Below the pieces are notes generated by a model, which made no database searches, was not told the origin of the DNA, and saw nothing but the letters and a program-made list of their open reading frames with translations. From the human T2T-CHM13v2.0 reference genome, Homo sapiens: a stretch of DNA of 64,000 bases. Both the position numbers and the translations under genes were made by a program. Positions 23,801 through 38,781 of this stretch are shown here, piece by piece; positions within the stretch are counted from its first letter, which is position 1; each line of letters begins with the position of its first letter. The stretch lies in assembly GCF_009914755.1 (NCBI RefSeq), contig NC_060941.1. One strand, written 5' to 3'.

Positions 23801-24559
23801 ACATCACTCCTTCAAGAGTATGGAAAGTCAACTTCTCAATCTCTCCAAACATTCTACGACCAGTGCTTTGTACCAGTTTGTACAAATAACGACTACAATG
23901 ACACTCTCTTCCAATATCACTGTCATCTTTATCCTTTTAACACCAGCAACAGAAACATAATACTAATGATAATGTACCCCAAAACTATATAGGAAAAGCT
24001 GATTTATCCAAAACTCTAGACTAACTACACCCTTCAGCCCTCCCTCAGTAGAGGATGAACTCCAACCATTATATTCACATAAAGGCCCTCAACACAACTA
24101 GCATTTCCTGAAATCACCTTTGCGGCAAGTATTTTATCAGTGGGATGTGGGCATTTCACGGGTGGGGGAAGGCTGTCATGTGTTTGCAGCAGGTGGGATC
24201 GCAATTTAAGAACCAAAAAACTGAAATGGTTGAAATCACTTCTTTTGGATCCACGGGCAGTTTTGCTACAGTAATTTTGAGTAACAAAATCGAATTTCTG
24301 GGACTTTTCATGGTTTGGGGACAAGGGTGGGTGATTAAAATCACCACTCTGAAAAACATACTCCTCACAAGTTAATTAAACATAGTTAAGTCTCTTTAGT
24401 TCCAAGTAAGTTTCCCTTCATTGTATGGTAATAGCCTAGACACAGATCCACCACATGGAACCAGCTTGTGTCTGGGACACCCATCATCTGCTGCTGCCAG
24501 TAGAGTCACAAGTTTTTCCCCTTGACTTGTTAACTGAGGTTTGGTTTGTGGTTGTGTTC

Positions 24560-24661
24560 TTTCAACTATGTTGTTCATTCAACAGACTAATTCATAAATA
24601 AAACACCCCATTTCAACTATGTTGTTCATTCAACAGACTTATTCACAAATAAAACCCCCCA
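24560..24661 (+). repeat. Tandem duplication, 2 x 51 nt with 3 mismatches
   Basis: Copies at 24560-24610 and 24611-24661 both begin TTTCAACTATGTTGTTCATTCAACAGACT. Confidence 0.95.
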
Positions 24662-25032
24662 TGCTAAAATAGGCACTGTTCCAAATGCTTCGCTGTATTA
24701 ATGTGCTTAATCTTCTCAACAGACCTCTGAAGTGGGTACCAGTATTATCCCATTTTAGAATATCTCCATATACTGAAGAACACGAAGGTTAAACTTGTTC
24801 CAGATCACAAAGCCAGTGGACTACAACTCAGGGAATCTGACTTGAGTTGTGCTTTGATTTAATCATATTGCCTCAGATTTGAATATTTATTTGAATGCAT
24901 CTGTACGAGGATCCTTTTGTTTGCTTCTGTGACAATAGAGGGGAAATAACTGGTTTCAGTGACTCTACCAGAGAAACAAGTTTCACATACTAAAATGTGG
25001 TTGAGACCCAGGCATGGTGGCGTCTGCCACCA

Positions 25033-25146
25033 TGAGAGAAAGAACGAAGACAGAAAGACAGACAGAAAGACAAGAAAGACAGACAGACAGACAGAAAGAA
25101 AGAAAAAGAAAGAGAGAGAAAGAAAGAAAAGAAAAGAAGGAAAGAA
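25033..25146 (+). repeat. (AGAC)/(AAAG)-type compound repeat
   Basis: Direct reading. Confidence 0.9.
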
Positions 25147-26181
25147 GTTCACTCCTGCTTAAAACGCATTTCTTTTTCCACCTAGAGGTTCACCCCTCTC
25201 CCAAAAAAAGCTTACTTTATTCTTTTCTCTTAAAGAGACGGGAGTCTTTGTATGTTGCCCAGGCTGGTCTCCAACTCCTGGGCTCAAGCAATCCTCCCAC
25301 CTCAGCCTCCTGAATACAAAAAGCTTAGTTTCATACCTCTAATATCTTTACATCAACATCCCAGTAAACCTGATTTTCCCAAGACTGTCCTTGCCAGGTA
25401 GTAAAACAAGTCTCTGCTGAGCTTCAACAGTTTCTGATAAACACAAAGTACAAAATCATAAAAGGAGCAGGTCTCCAACTATCAGGCTGACAAGTCACAA
25501 GGCACAATTTACAGCTCCTAATGAAATTCAGGTTCAGGAAAAAAGCAAACTGTTCAGAATCTGCCATGGGAAAAACGAGCAGGTTCTGTACTGGCTGACA
25601 GGATTAATGTTCCTCTTACCAAAGCACACAGGGTCATAACCCTAACTTTTTTTTTTTTTTTTTGAGACAGAGTCTAGCTCTGTTGCCCAGGCTGAAGTGC
25701 AATCTCACTGCAACCTCCATCTCCCATGTTCAAGTGATGCTCTTGCCCCAGCCTCCCTGGTAGTTAGGACTACAGGTGCCCGCCAACGTGCACGGCTAAT
25801 TTTTATATTTTTAGTAAAGACAGGGTTTCACCATGTTGGCCAGACTGGTTTCGAACTCCTGACCTCAGGTGATCCACCTGCCTCGGCCTCCCTAGGTGGT
25901 GGGATTACAGGCAGGGGTTACCACACCCGGCCCTAATCCTGATTTTAAGGGCAGAAAAATGAAGCTAAGAGTAATGTTCCTAAAGTCACACAATGGTAAA
26001 ACCCAAACTCAAACCCAGACAATCTAACTTAAGAGTCTGAGCTTTTAGCCATCACACTTCAATGACTTTGCAACCAGAGTGCTCACAGAAACAAATTCCT
26101 TAGCCCAAGAACAGTAAAAGCAATCACACCAAGGGAAGAAAAGGGCACAGCATCAGGCACTGACATAAAAAGGTTCTGTCA

Positions 26182-26355
<174 letters not shown>

Positions 26356-26430
26356 TTAGGTTCTGGAAAGGTCCTGAGCTTGCTTTATATAAAGGCTAAT
26401 CAATTAGCCAATGACCTTTCCTTTTTCCTA

Positions 26431-26780
<350 letters not shown>

Positions 26781-27454
26781 TCAAATTGTTTTTATGGTTT
26801 GGAGGGGATAGTATGCAAGTTTGTTGGAGAGAAACTTACAAGGTGCTACTTACTAAGAAATTTACCTTGCGGATATTTTCTTAAAAAGGAGTCATCACAG
26901 AAAATGTATGCCTAGATTTACATGTGAGAAGCAGTCTTCAATTGGATACTTCTGACCCCATGAAATAACTGAGGACATTTCTGCAGAAGGCTGACATATG
27001 AGAATGCTCAGGAATTGTGTGGCTTTCAAATAATCTGATTCAGCTTGGACAACCTCCAAGGAATGAATAAAATTAGGCAAAAGCTTGACAATCACTAAAC
27101 ATAGTCAATTCACAGATAATTCATGACAATCAACATTCTGCCTTACTGATTTCTAAAAGGTCCCAATATCTTGCTAGTCACATGACAACTCTCTTGTTAC
27201 TATTCAGAAATATAAAGATGGAGCAAAATTTTTTCTAAAACGATTATCACGCACCTTCTCTATCACACTGACAAATAATCTGGGAAGCATCAGTTCTGTA
27301 CTAAAAAGCATGTCTAAAAAGCCTGACTCAGACCATTTCAGGAGCAATACTACTCGTTTACTATAAAAGAAATTCAGTACAGGCCAGGCACGGCGGCTCA
27401 CGCCTGTAATCCCAGCACTTTGAGAGGCCAAGGCGGGTGGATCACCTGAGGTTA

Positions 27455-27722
<268 letters not shown>

Positions 27723-27923
27723 TCAGATGGCTAACCTGAATTATACTGGTTTTTAAACATTAAATCTCTGCCCAAATTTGGCAATTTTAATTTTATCATA
27801 ATTAATTCAGCTGCTTGAAGCCTGCTTAAAGTTTGCGATGTCATCACTTTAAGGTTGACTATACTCATGTCAGTGTACTTCCAAATCACCTAAGAGCCCT
27901 ATGGGATGTTAAGACACACTTCA

Positions 27924-28202
<279 letters not shown>

Positions 28203-30758
28203 TCAAAAGAAGATTTCATACATGCAAAACTTCTAATTCGAATGACGAAAAAAACTATCAACTACACTAATTCTAATAGTAAATAACATGGAAAGAATCT
28301 AAGAATGTAACAAAATGTCAAATCTGTAGCTTGAGGAGTCTTAAATCATATTTTCTTAGAAAAACAAAATGCAAGAATAGTGATCACTAGTTCTACTCAA
28401 TTAAGATGAGCAAAAGGCTGGGATGTACCCTGGAGCGTGTTACGATGAGTTATGAAGGAAGGAGTACTTGAGGTAAACAGTTGGACAAGATTTAGGAAAC
28501 ACTCCTGGAACTTGTTTTAATTTAAGCAAAGATTTAAAATTGTGTAAAATGAACAGGATTAGTTGGTTGACATGTAAATTATACTTTGTGTTCAGTACGG
28601 TGAAAGAACCAGAATGCTGTAAACAGAAAATAATGGAAGTACTCAGAAGCTTTTCTGAAGAGGCCCTATTCTAGTCTACTAACTTTGACTATTATTGTAG
28701 TACCCACATACCACGTGCACTTTTATTAGACAAAAATGACACACACTTTGGGAAACAGCACAGGAAAGTCCCACCACAGCACAGCAAACACCACACTTAC
28801 AGCAAAGAGTTTCAGACTAGAAGACTAGACTTTTTTTTTTTTTTTTTTTTGAGACGGAGCCTCACTCTGTCGCCCAGGCTGGAGTGCACTGGCACGATCT
28901 CGGCTCACTGCAACCTCCGCCTCCCGGGTTCAAGAGTCTCCTGCCTCAGCCTCCGAAGTAGCTGGGATTACAGGCGCACACTACCATGCCCAGCTAAATT
29001 TTGTATTTTTAGTAAAGGTGAGGTTTCACGATGTTGACCAGGATGGTCTCGAACTCGTGACCTCAGGTGATCTGCCTGCCTCAGCCTTCCAAAGTGCGTG
29101 AGCCACCGCGCCCAGCCCAGACTAGATTTTCATTCCTGCTTATTCATATGCTATTTGACCTCAAGTATGCCACATAATCTCTAGGAGCTTGTTCCTCATC
29201 CATAACATGGAGGATATCCAGCCCTGAGTTATGAGAGTTTAAAATGAGATTGTAGAGTAAATTGTCTGGCATATAATATGAATTCAATTAAATGTTTAAT
29301 TTCTTTTCTTCGCCTCACTTCCAAGATTAAATAACAAAAAAACAAAACCGGAATCCAGACGGGTGGGGGTGTTAATGTGCCTGATGTAGGAAAGAGCTAA
29401 ATAAAGAACACAGCGTTTAGAATCTAAGTCTAATAAAGCCTTTTGCAGAATACAGCTCCATTTTTTCTAACCCAGACTTTCCATTCTTACATCTCATATA
29501 TTTAATCCCATATCTGTGCTTTTGGTAACATATCCAAAGAACCTCACTCTCCCAACATCCAAATCTTATCCCCCAATTAATGTCTCACCTACTATTCAAG
29601 TTTTCCCCGACAACTGCAGCACACAATCCCTTGTTCCCCTTCTCTACAATTCCTGTATTATACAAGCTAGAAATCATCATTCTGGTTTCTAGCCACAGCT
29701 TGCCTGATTAGACTGTAACTCTTCCATAGTAGGTATTATAAGTAACGATTTTATTACTCACAAGGGGAAAGTTGTTCCCCATACATGCTAAAGAAATACA
29801 TATTGATTAAATGGTCCAAGAGGCTGGGCGCAGTGGCTCACGTCTGTAATCCCAGAACTTCGGGAGGCTAACAATCACTTGAGGTCAGGAGTTACAGACT
29901 GGCCTGGCCAACATGGCGAAACCCCACCTCCACTAAAAATACAAAAATTAGTCCGGGTGTGGTGGGATTACGCCTGTAATCCCAGCACTTTTGGAGGCTG
30001 AGGCGGGTGACTCACCTGAGGTCAGGAGTTCGAGACCAGCCTGACCAACATGGAGAAACCCCGACTCTACTAAAAACACAAAAAATTAGCCAGGCGTGGT
30101 GGCTGTAATCCCAGCTACTCAGGAGGCTGAAGCACGAGCATCCCTTGAACCCGGGAGGTGGAGGTTGCAGTGAGCTGAGATTGTGTCACTGCACTCCAGC
30201 ATGGGCAACAGGACAAGACTCATCTCCAAATAAATCAATAAACTCAAAAAAATAAGTAAATAAAACACGAAAGGCTCAAGAATGCATGTAAAGGGGGGAG
30301 GGGAATTTCAAACTATCAACTAATCAAAACGTAACATAAATGCACTGAGGAAGGCCGAGCGCAAAGGCTCAGGCCTGTAATCCCAGCACTTTGGGAGGCC
30401 AACGCGGGTGGATCGCTTCAACTCAGGAGTTCAAGACCAGCCTAGGAGACATGGCGAAACCCTGTCTCTACAAAAAAATACAAAAATTGGCCAGGCCTGG
30501 TGGTGCATGCCTGCAGTCCCAGGCATAGGACTGAGGTGGGAGGATCACTGGAACGTGAGAGGTCAAGGCTGCAGTGAGCCCAGACTGGCCCACTGTACTC
30601 CAGCCTGCACGAGAGAGCGACACTATGTCAAAAAAAAAAAAAAAAAAAAAAGGACAGGCAGACAGAAAAGGAAAAAAAAACACAGATATATAGGCACTGG
30701 AGCAAAGAAAAAGTTATTAAAGGAGACTCAAACCACTGACAAGTTACTTGCGGCATAA

Positions 30759-30972
<214 letters not shown>

Positions 30973-31524
30973 TAGCCAGGATGGTCTCGATCTCCTGACC
31001 TCATGATCTGCCCGCCTCGGCCTCCCAAAGTGCTGGGATTACAGGCTTGAGCCACCGCGCCCGGCCTTTTTTTTTTTTTTGAGATGGAGTCTCACTCTGT
31101 TGACCAGGCTACAGTGCAGCAGCGCAATCTCAGCTCACTGCAAGCTCTACCGGCAAGCTCCGCCTCCCGGGTTCTGGCCATTCTCCTGCTTCAGCCTCCC
31201 AAGTAGCTGGGACTACAGGCGCCCACCACCAGGCCAGGCTAATTTTTTTTTTGTATCTTTAGTAGAGACGGGGTTTCACTATGTTAGCCAGGATGATCTC
31301 AATCTCCTGACCCTGTGATCCACCCGCCTCGGCCTCCCAAAGTGCTAGGATTACAGGCGTGAGCCACCACGCCTGGCCAGTAGTTTTCATTATTTACTTG
31401 ATATGGCTGTACTGCTGACTTTACATTTAAATTCATCTTTTGCAGTAAGAAATGAAAAACAGGCCAGGTGCGGTGGCTCATACCTGTATTCCCAGCAATT
31501 TGAGAGGCTGAGGCCAGCGGATCA

Positions 31525-31803
<279 letters not shown>

Positions 31804-31908
31804 TCACGCCTGTAATCCCAGCACTTTGGGAGGCCGAGGCACATGGATCACCTGAGGTCGAGAGTTCGAGACCAGCCTGACCAACATAGAGAAACCCCAT
31901 CTCTACTA

Positions 31909-32103
<195 letters not shown>

Positions 32104-33377
32104 TTAACTTTTTTTTTTTTTTTTGAGACGGAGTCTTGGTCTGTTGCCCCGGCTGGAGTGCAGTGGCACAATTTCAGCTCCTGGCAACCTCTACCTCCCG
32201 GGTTCAAGCAATTCTCCTGTCTCAGCCCCTACCAGAAGATGGGATTACAGGCACGTGCCACCACGCCCGGCAAGTTTTTGTATTTTTAGTAGAGATGGGT
32301 TTCGCCATGTTGGCCAGGCTGGTCTTGAACTCCTGACCTCAGGTGATCCACCCGCCTCGGCCTCCCAAAGTACTAGGATTACAGGTGTGAGCCACTGCAC
32401 CCGGCCCTTGTTTAAACAATTTTTTAAAACACAAGTTTTTAGTTAAATTTTGTGCTGCACAATCGTAAGTTGCTAGTATTATAAACAGTTAATAAACCTT
32501 TTCAGAAAATAGAGTATTCCCGCAATCTCCGCACTTTGGGAGGCTGAGGTGGGAAGATTTCCTGAGCCCAAGAGTTCAAGACCGGCCTGGGCAATATGGC
32601 AAGACCCCATCTCTTCACACATTTAAAAAATTAGCCGAAGAGGGCTGGGCACAGTGGCTCACGCCTGTAATTCAAGCACTTTGGGAGGCCGAGGCACGTG
32701 GATCACAAGGTCAAGAGTTCAAGACCAACCTGGCCAACATGGTGAAACCCCATTTCTACTAAAAATACAAAACAATTAGCCACGCGTTAAGCAGGTGCCT
32801 GTAATCCCAGCCACTCGGGAAGATGAGGCAGAGAACTGCTTGAACCCAGGAGGCGAAAGCTGCAGTGAGCCAAGATCCAGCCACTGCTCTCCAGCATGGG
32901 AGAAAGAGCAAGACCCTGTCTCAAAAAAATAAAAATAAAAAATAAATTAGCCAGGCATGGTGGGCACACCTGTAGTCCCAGCTACCCAGGACGCAGAGGT
33001 GGGAGGATTGCTTGAGCCCAGGAGGTGAGGGCTGCAGTGAGGTGTGTCTGCTACTGCACACCAGCTTGGGCAAGAGTGAGACCACATCTCAAAACATTAA
33101 GAGTACACATGTAAAAAGATTTATGCTCGACCGGGCGCGGTGGCTCACGCCTGTAATCCCAGCACTTTGGGAGGCCAAGGCGGGCAGATCACAACGTCAG
33201 GAGATCAAGACCATCCTGGCTAACACGGTGAAACCCTGTCTCTACTAAAAATACAAAAAAAATTAGCCAGGCATGGTGGCAGGCACCTGTACTCCCAGCT
33301 ACTCAGGAGGCTGAGGCAGGATAATGGAGTGTATTTTGTATTTTGAGGGTTTCACCAGGCTGGTCTTGAACTCCTGA

Positions 33378-33554
<177 letters not shown>

Positions 33555-34211
33555 TAGCTGGGATTAGAGGCATGCGCCACGAAGCCTGGCTAATTTTTTT
33601 TTGTATTTTTAGTAGAGACGGGTTTCTCCATGTTGGTCAGGCTGGTCCTGAACTCCCAACCACAGATGATCTGCCTGCCTTGGCCTCCCAAAGAAATTTT
33701 TTTTAAAATCAGTTTCAGGTTTGTTTTTTCTTTTTAGAGGAGTCTCCCTATGTTGCCCTGGCTGCCTTGCAGTGGCTATTCACAGGCATGACCATAACAC
33801 TCCTTGGCTGAAGCTCACCCTCTACTGCACTCCACCCTGGGTGACAGGGAAAGACTCTGTCTCAAAAAAAAAAAAAAAAAAAGTAAAGATAAAATGAATA
33901 CAGAAATGTTGGCAGCATTCTGAAACCAGAAAAGTTAAAGGTTAAGAAAAAATCTGCAGCAATAAGATAAAGGCATTAAGACCATGTTAATGATGTGCAG
34001 TTATTCATTGTTGAGAAGATGAAAATCTACCAGCAACTGGTCTAGAGGAAAACACCAAGGTCCCCTGTGATCAGTCCCCCAGGCCTCCCAACTACATGCC
34101 TCAAAAGTCATCTACTGAAAAGGTACACAACGAAAAAGTACACCATACTGCAATTTACTAAGTTCCCAGAGCTTCTTATCCAGCCATTTATAAAGCTCTA
34201 GTCCCAAATAT

Positions 34212-34311
34212 CAGTGGTCCCCAACCTTTGTGGCACCAGGGACCAGTTTCGTGGAAGACAATTTTTCCACAGACCAGTATGGGTGCATGGCCTGGGCACT
34301 GGGGACCCCTG
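34212..34311 (+). mobile_element. Internally deleted MER1-type element (100 bp, both ends)
   Basis: 5' end CAGTGGTCCCCAACCTTTGTGGCACCAGGGACCAGTTTCGTGGAAGACAATTTTTCC; 3' end TGGGGACCCCTG. Confidence 0.8.
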
Positions 34312-35129
34312 CATGTATCAAAGAGTTAAAAACAAAGTAGGTTTTTCAGAGGGTGGGGGAGGAGGGAAGGAAGGAAGACGGAGGATGCAGGTGGCCTGCT
34401 CCTGAATTTAATGGCTCCTATCCCAATACTAGTTCCATTACCTGTTACCTGCAAAATATACTCAGCCTACATTCCATTCTGTCTTCTTCATACATTAAAG
34501 ACAACACTATTCAGAGAGAAGCTGAGCCAAAAGACTGCTATAATCCCAGCACTTTAGGAGGCCAAGGCAGGAGGACTTCTTGAGCCCAGCTGAAAGACCA
34601 GCCTGGGCAACACAGAGACCCCCAGTCTCCACAAAAAAGGGGGAAAAAAAGAAAAGAAAGCCTCAAGCAGTCTGGACTGACGTTTACACACAAGAAACTC
34701 CTTCCGAAGTGGAAGGAGTACCAGCTTTGCAGGGCACCAGCCTTGGCAGAATACCAGTGACATTTCAAATGTGTTGTCACTTTTCCTCAAGTACTGGATC
34801 CTTATCTGTAAAATGGGTAGTACTTTGCATGGCTGTTTGGATAACAAGTGAAAGAAATAGCCAATAAACAGTAGATGATATTATTATTACAGGGTTTCAT
34901 CACAATGAAACACTTTAAAGAGGTTTTTCAATTTGTTAGTACCATTTTACACCAGTAGTCAGTGAAGAAACACTGAGCTTTCTACAGTCTTTAACATGGG
35001 ACACCCAGCAACTGATACAGTACCCTGCATATACCAGACACCATTGGTGCTAATTAATTTAAACTAACTCTTAATTACACATAGGAACAGAGTAACTCCG
35101 AAAGCAATCATACATTCACTAGAATATAA

Positions 35130-35245
35130 AGTCCTTGAAAAGATCTTTTGTCTATTTTGTTCACTGATGAATCCCAAGTGTCTAAAGTGTCTAGAACAGT
35201 GCCTGGTACATAGTCGGCATTCAGTAAGTATTTGTCAAATGAGTT
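35130..35245 (+). mobile_element. L2 3' end
   Basis: TTTTGTTCACTGATGAATCCCAAG ... AGAACAGTGCCTGGTACATAGTCGGCATTCAGTAAGTATTTG. Confidence 0.75.
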
Positions 35246-35382
35246 TGGGAACTTGTTTTTTAGTACTTTAATACTTTGATTAAGGCTTTTCAAAAGACAA
35301 TAATCTTGACACTCAAGGACAACTTTTACTCTTCATATACCAGCCTATACAGAGGTACCTCTCCTCACTCTAAAAGTAACTA

Positions 35383-35502
<120 letters not shown>

Positions 35503-35566
35503 CTACTGAAGAAAAAACAAAAATTAGCCAGGCATGGTGGCAGGTGCCTGTAATCCCAGCTACTCA

Positions 35567-35728
<162 letters not shown>

Positions 35729-35860
35729 TTAAGACTCCTTTCCAAATCAGCTTTTGCTAGGTTAAAAAGAAACAAAAACAAGACAATCTTTTACCAAGAT
35801 TCTACAATTTTGACTGCAAAAGCTACTTTTCCCTTTGGTCTCAATATTTAGGGCAGGGTT

Positions 35861-35910
35861 GTGCTCACTTTGGCAGCACATGTACTAAAGTTGGAATGAC
35901 ACAAAGATTA
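35861..35910 (+). pseudogene. 3'-truncated U6 snRNA retrocopy
   Basis: GTGCTCACTTTGGCAGCACATGTACTAAAGTTGGAATGACACAAAGATTA matches the first ~50 nt of U6, followed by an A-rich tail. Confidence 0.85.
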
Positions 35911-36953
35911 AAAAACAAAAATAAAAATATTGGGGGTGGGGGAGTAATCCCCTGCTCCATCAGAATGGGAGATTTCTCCTCTCAATTTACGAGGATACTC
36001 CCTCATAAACACGTTCGGCTGCAGTAGAACCAAACAGGTGAAGCTCCAGTGAAACCTGAGGTGGAAAATAAGAGGCTGGGGAGATCAATGACCTAAAACA
36101 CTAAGTACAGGAAAAACAGGTAGATCAAAGTCTGAATCTTTTTACAGTTTTTATGGAATTAGAAAAGACACTGAAACAAAAAATACTTTAAAATTCTGTT
36201 TTGGAATACTAAGGAAGAAAATGACCACAAATAACCCTTGGGTCCAATTCGGTTTAGTAGAAGGATTAACTTTACATTCAGATTTTTAAGAAGTTTGACA
36301 TGTTTTCTCAAGTGGTTGAGAGTGTTAAGCATTTCTTTGCGGGGGTGGGGGCAGTAGGCGGGGATGGAGTCTTACTGTTTCCCAGGCTGGAGTGCAGTGC
36401 CACAATCTCGGCATTCTGCAGCTTTCTACCTCCCGAGTTCAAGCGATTCTGCTGCCTCAGCCTCCCGAATAGCTGAGATTACAAGCGCACGCCACCACGC
36501 CCGTCTAATTTTTTGTATATTTAGTAGAGACGGGGGGTCTCACCATGTTCACCAGCCTGATCCTGAACTCCTGACCTCAGGTGATCCACCCTTCTTGGCC
36601 TCCCAAAGTGCTGGGATTACAGGAGTGAGCCACTGCACCTGGCTTTTTTTTTTTTTTTTTTTTTGACGGAGTCTCACTCTGTCGTTCAGGCTGGAGCCCA
36701 GGGGCACTATCTCGGCTCACTGCAACCTTTGCCTCCCGGGTTCAAGTGATTCTCCTGCCTTAACCTCCTGAGTAGCTGGGATTACAGGCACGTGCCACCA
36801 CCACGCCTGGGTAATTTTTGTTTTTTTTTTTGTTTGTTTTTTTTTTTTTTTTTTTTTTTTTAGTAGAGACGAGGTTTCACCCTGTTGGTCAGGCTTGTCT
36901 CGAACTCCTGACCTCGTGATCTGCCCTCCTCGGCCTCCCAAAGTGCTAGGATT

Positions 36954-37255
36954 GGCCAGGCGCTGTGGCTCACGCCTGTAATCCCAGCACTTTGGGAGGC
37001 TGAGTTGGGCGGATCGTGAGATCAGGAGATCAAGACCATCCTGGCTAACACGGTGAAACCCCGTCTCTACTAAAAATACAAAAAATGAGCCGGGCGTGGT
37101 GGCAGGCGCCTGTAGTACCAGCTACTCCGGAGGCTGAGGCAGGAGAATGGAGTGAACCCAGGAGGTGGAGCTTGCAGTGAGCCAAGATGCAAGTGGAGCG
37201 CCACTGCACTCCAGCCTGGGCAACAGAGCAAGACTCTGTCTCAAAAAAAAAAAAA
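36954..37255 (+). mobile_element. AluY-like element inserted in opposite orientation inside an older Alu
   Basis: TSD AAAGTGCTAGGATT at 36940-36953 and 37253-37266. Confidence 0.9.
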
Positions 37256-37682
37256 GTGCTAGGATTACAGGCATGAGCAAACCATGCCCAGCCTTTTTTT
37301 TTTTTTTTTTAATAGAAACGGAGTCTTGCAATGTTGCCCAGGCTGGTCTCAAACTCCTGGCCTCAAATGACCTCCCACCTTGGCCTCCAAAAGCAATGAG
37401 ATTACAGGTATGTCAATTCTTTGATGAGCTAAGAAACCCCCATCAAAATTTCAACACTTTAATATTTTAATGTTTCCTAAGTAGTATATTCTGCATTAAG
37501 TATTTCATACTCATGAATGTGTTTCTAAAAATCTACAAAAACTGTCATAACTGTCATACAACAGTGACAATATTTTCTGGTCAAATAACGTTCTTGAAAA
37601 TTTCACGGTAATCCTATCATAAATCTTAACTATTTTACAAGTAAACCTATTACAATCAAATACAAGTCATTAATCCCACTAA

Positions 37683-37838
<156 letters not shown>

Positions 37839-37841
37839 TAG

Positions 37842-38066
<225 letters not shown>

Positions 38067-38237
38067 TGACTAACCCAGGGATTAAGTAGTATTTAGTAGC
38101 TTTTTATTAATCAAAACCCATTCACTGTCCAAGGCTTATATTATGCCTTTAGAATCACATTTCACAAAATTGGTCATAGCTAACACCATTTTTCTTAAGT
38201 AATCTGAGATGGCTAAAATGCGAACATTTAACAATGA

Positions 38238-38429
<192 letters not shown>

Positions 38430-38532
38430 TAGTAGAGACAGGGTTTCACTGTGTTAGCCAGGATGGTCTCAATCTGCTGACCTCGTAGTCCGCCCGCCTC
38501 GGCCTCCCAAAGTCCTGGGATTACAGCCGTGA

Positions 38533-38781
<249 letters not shown>

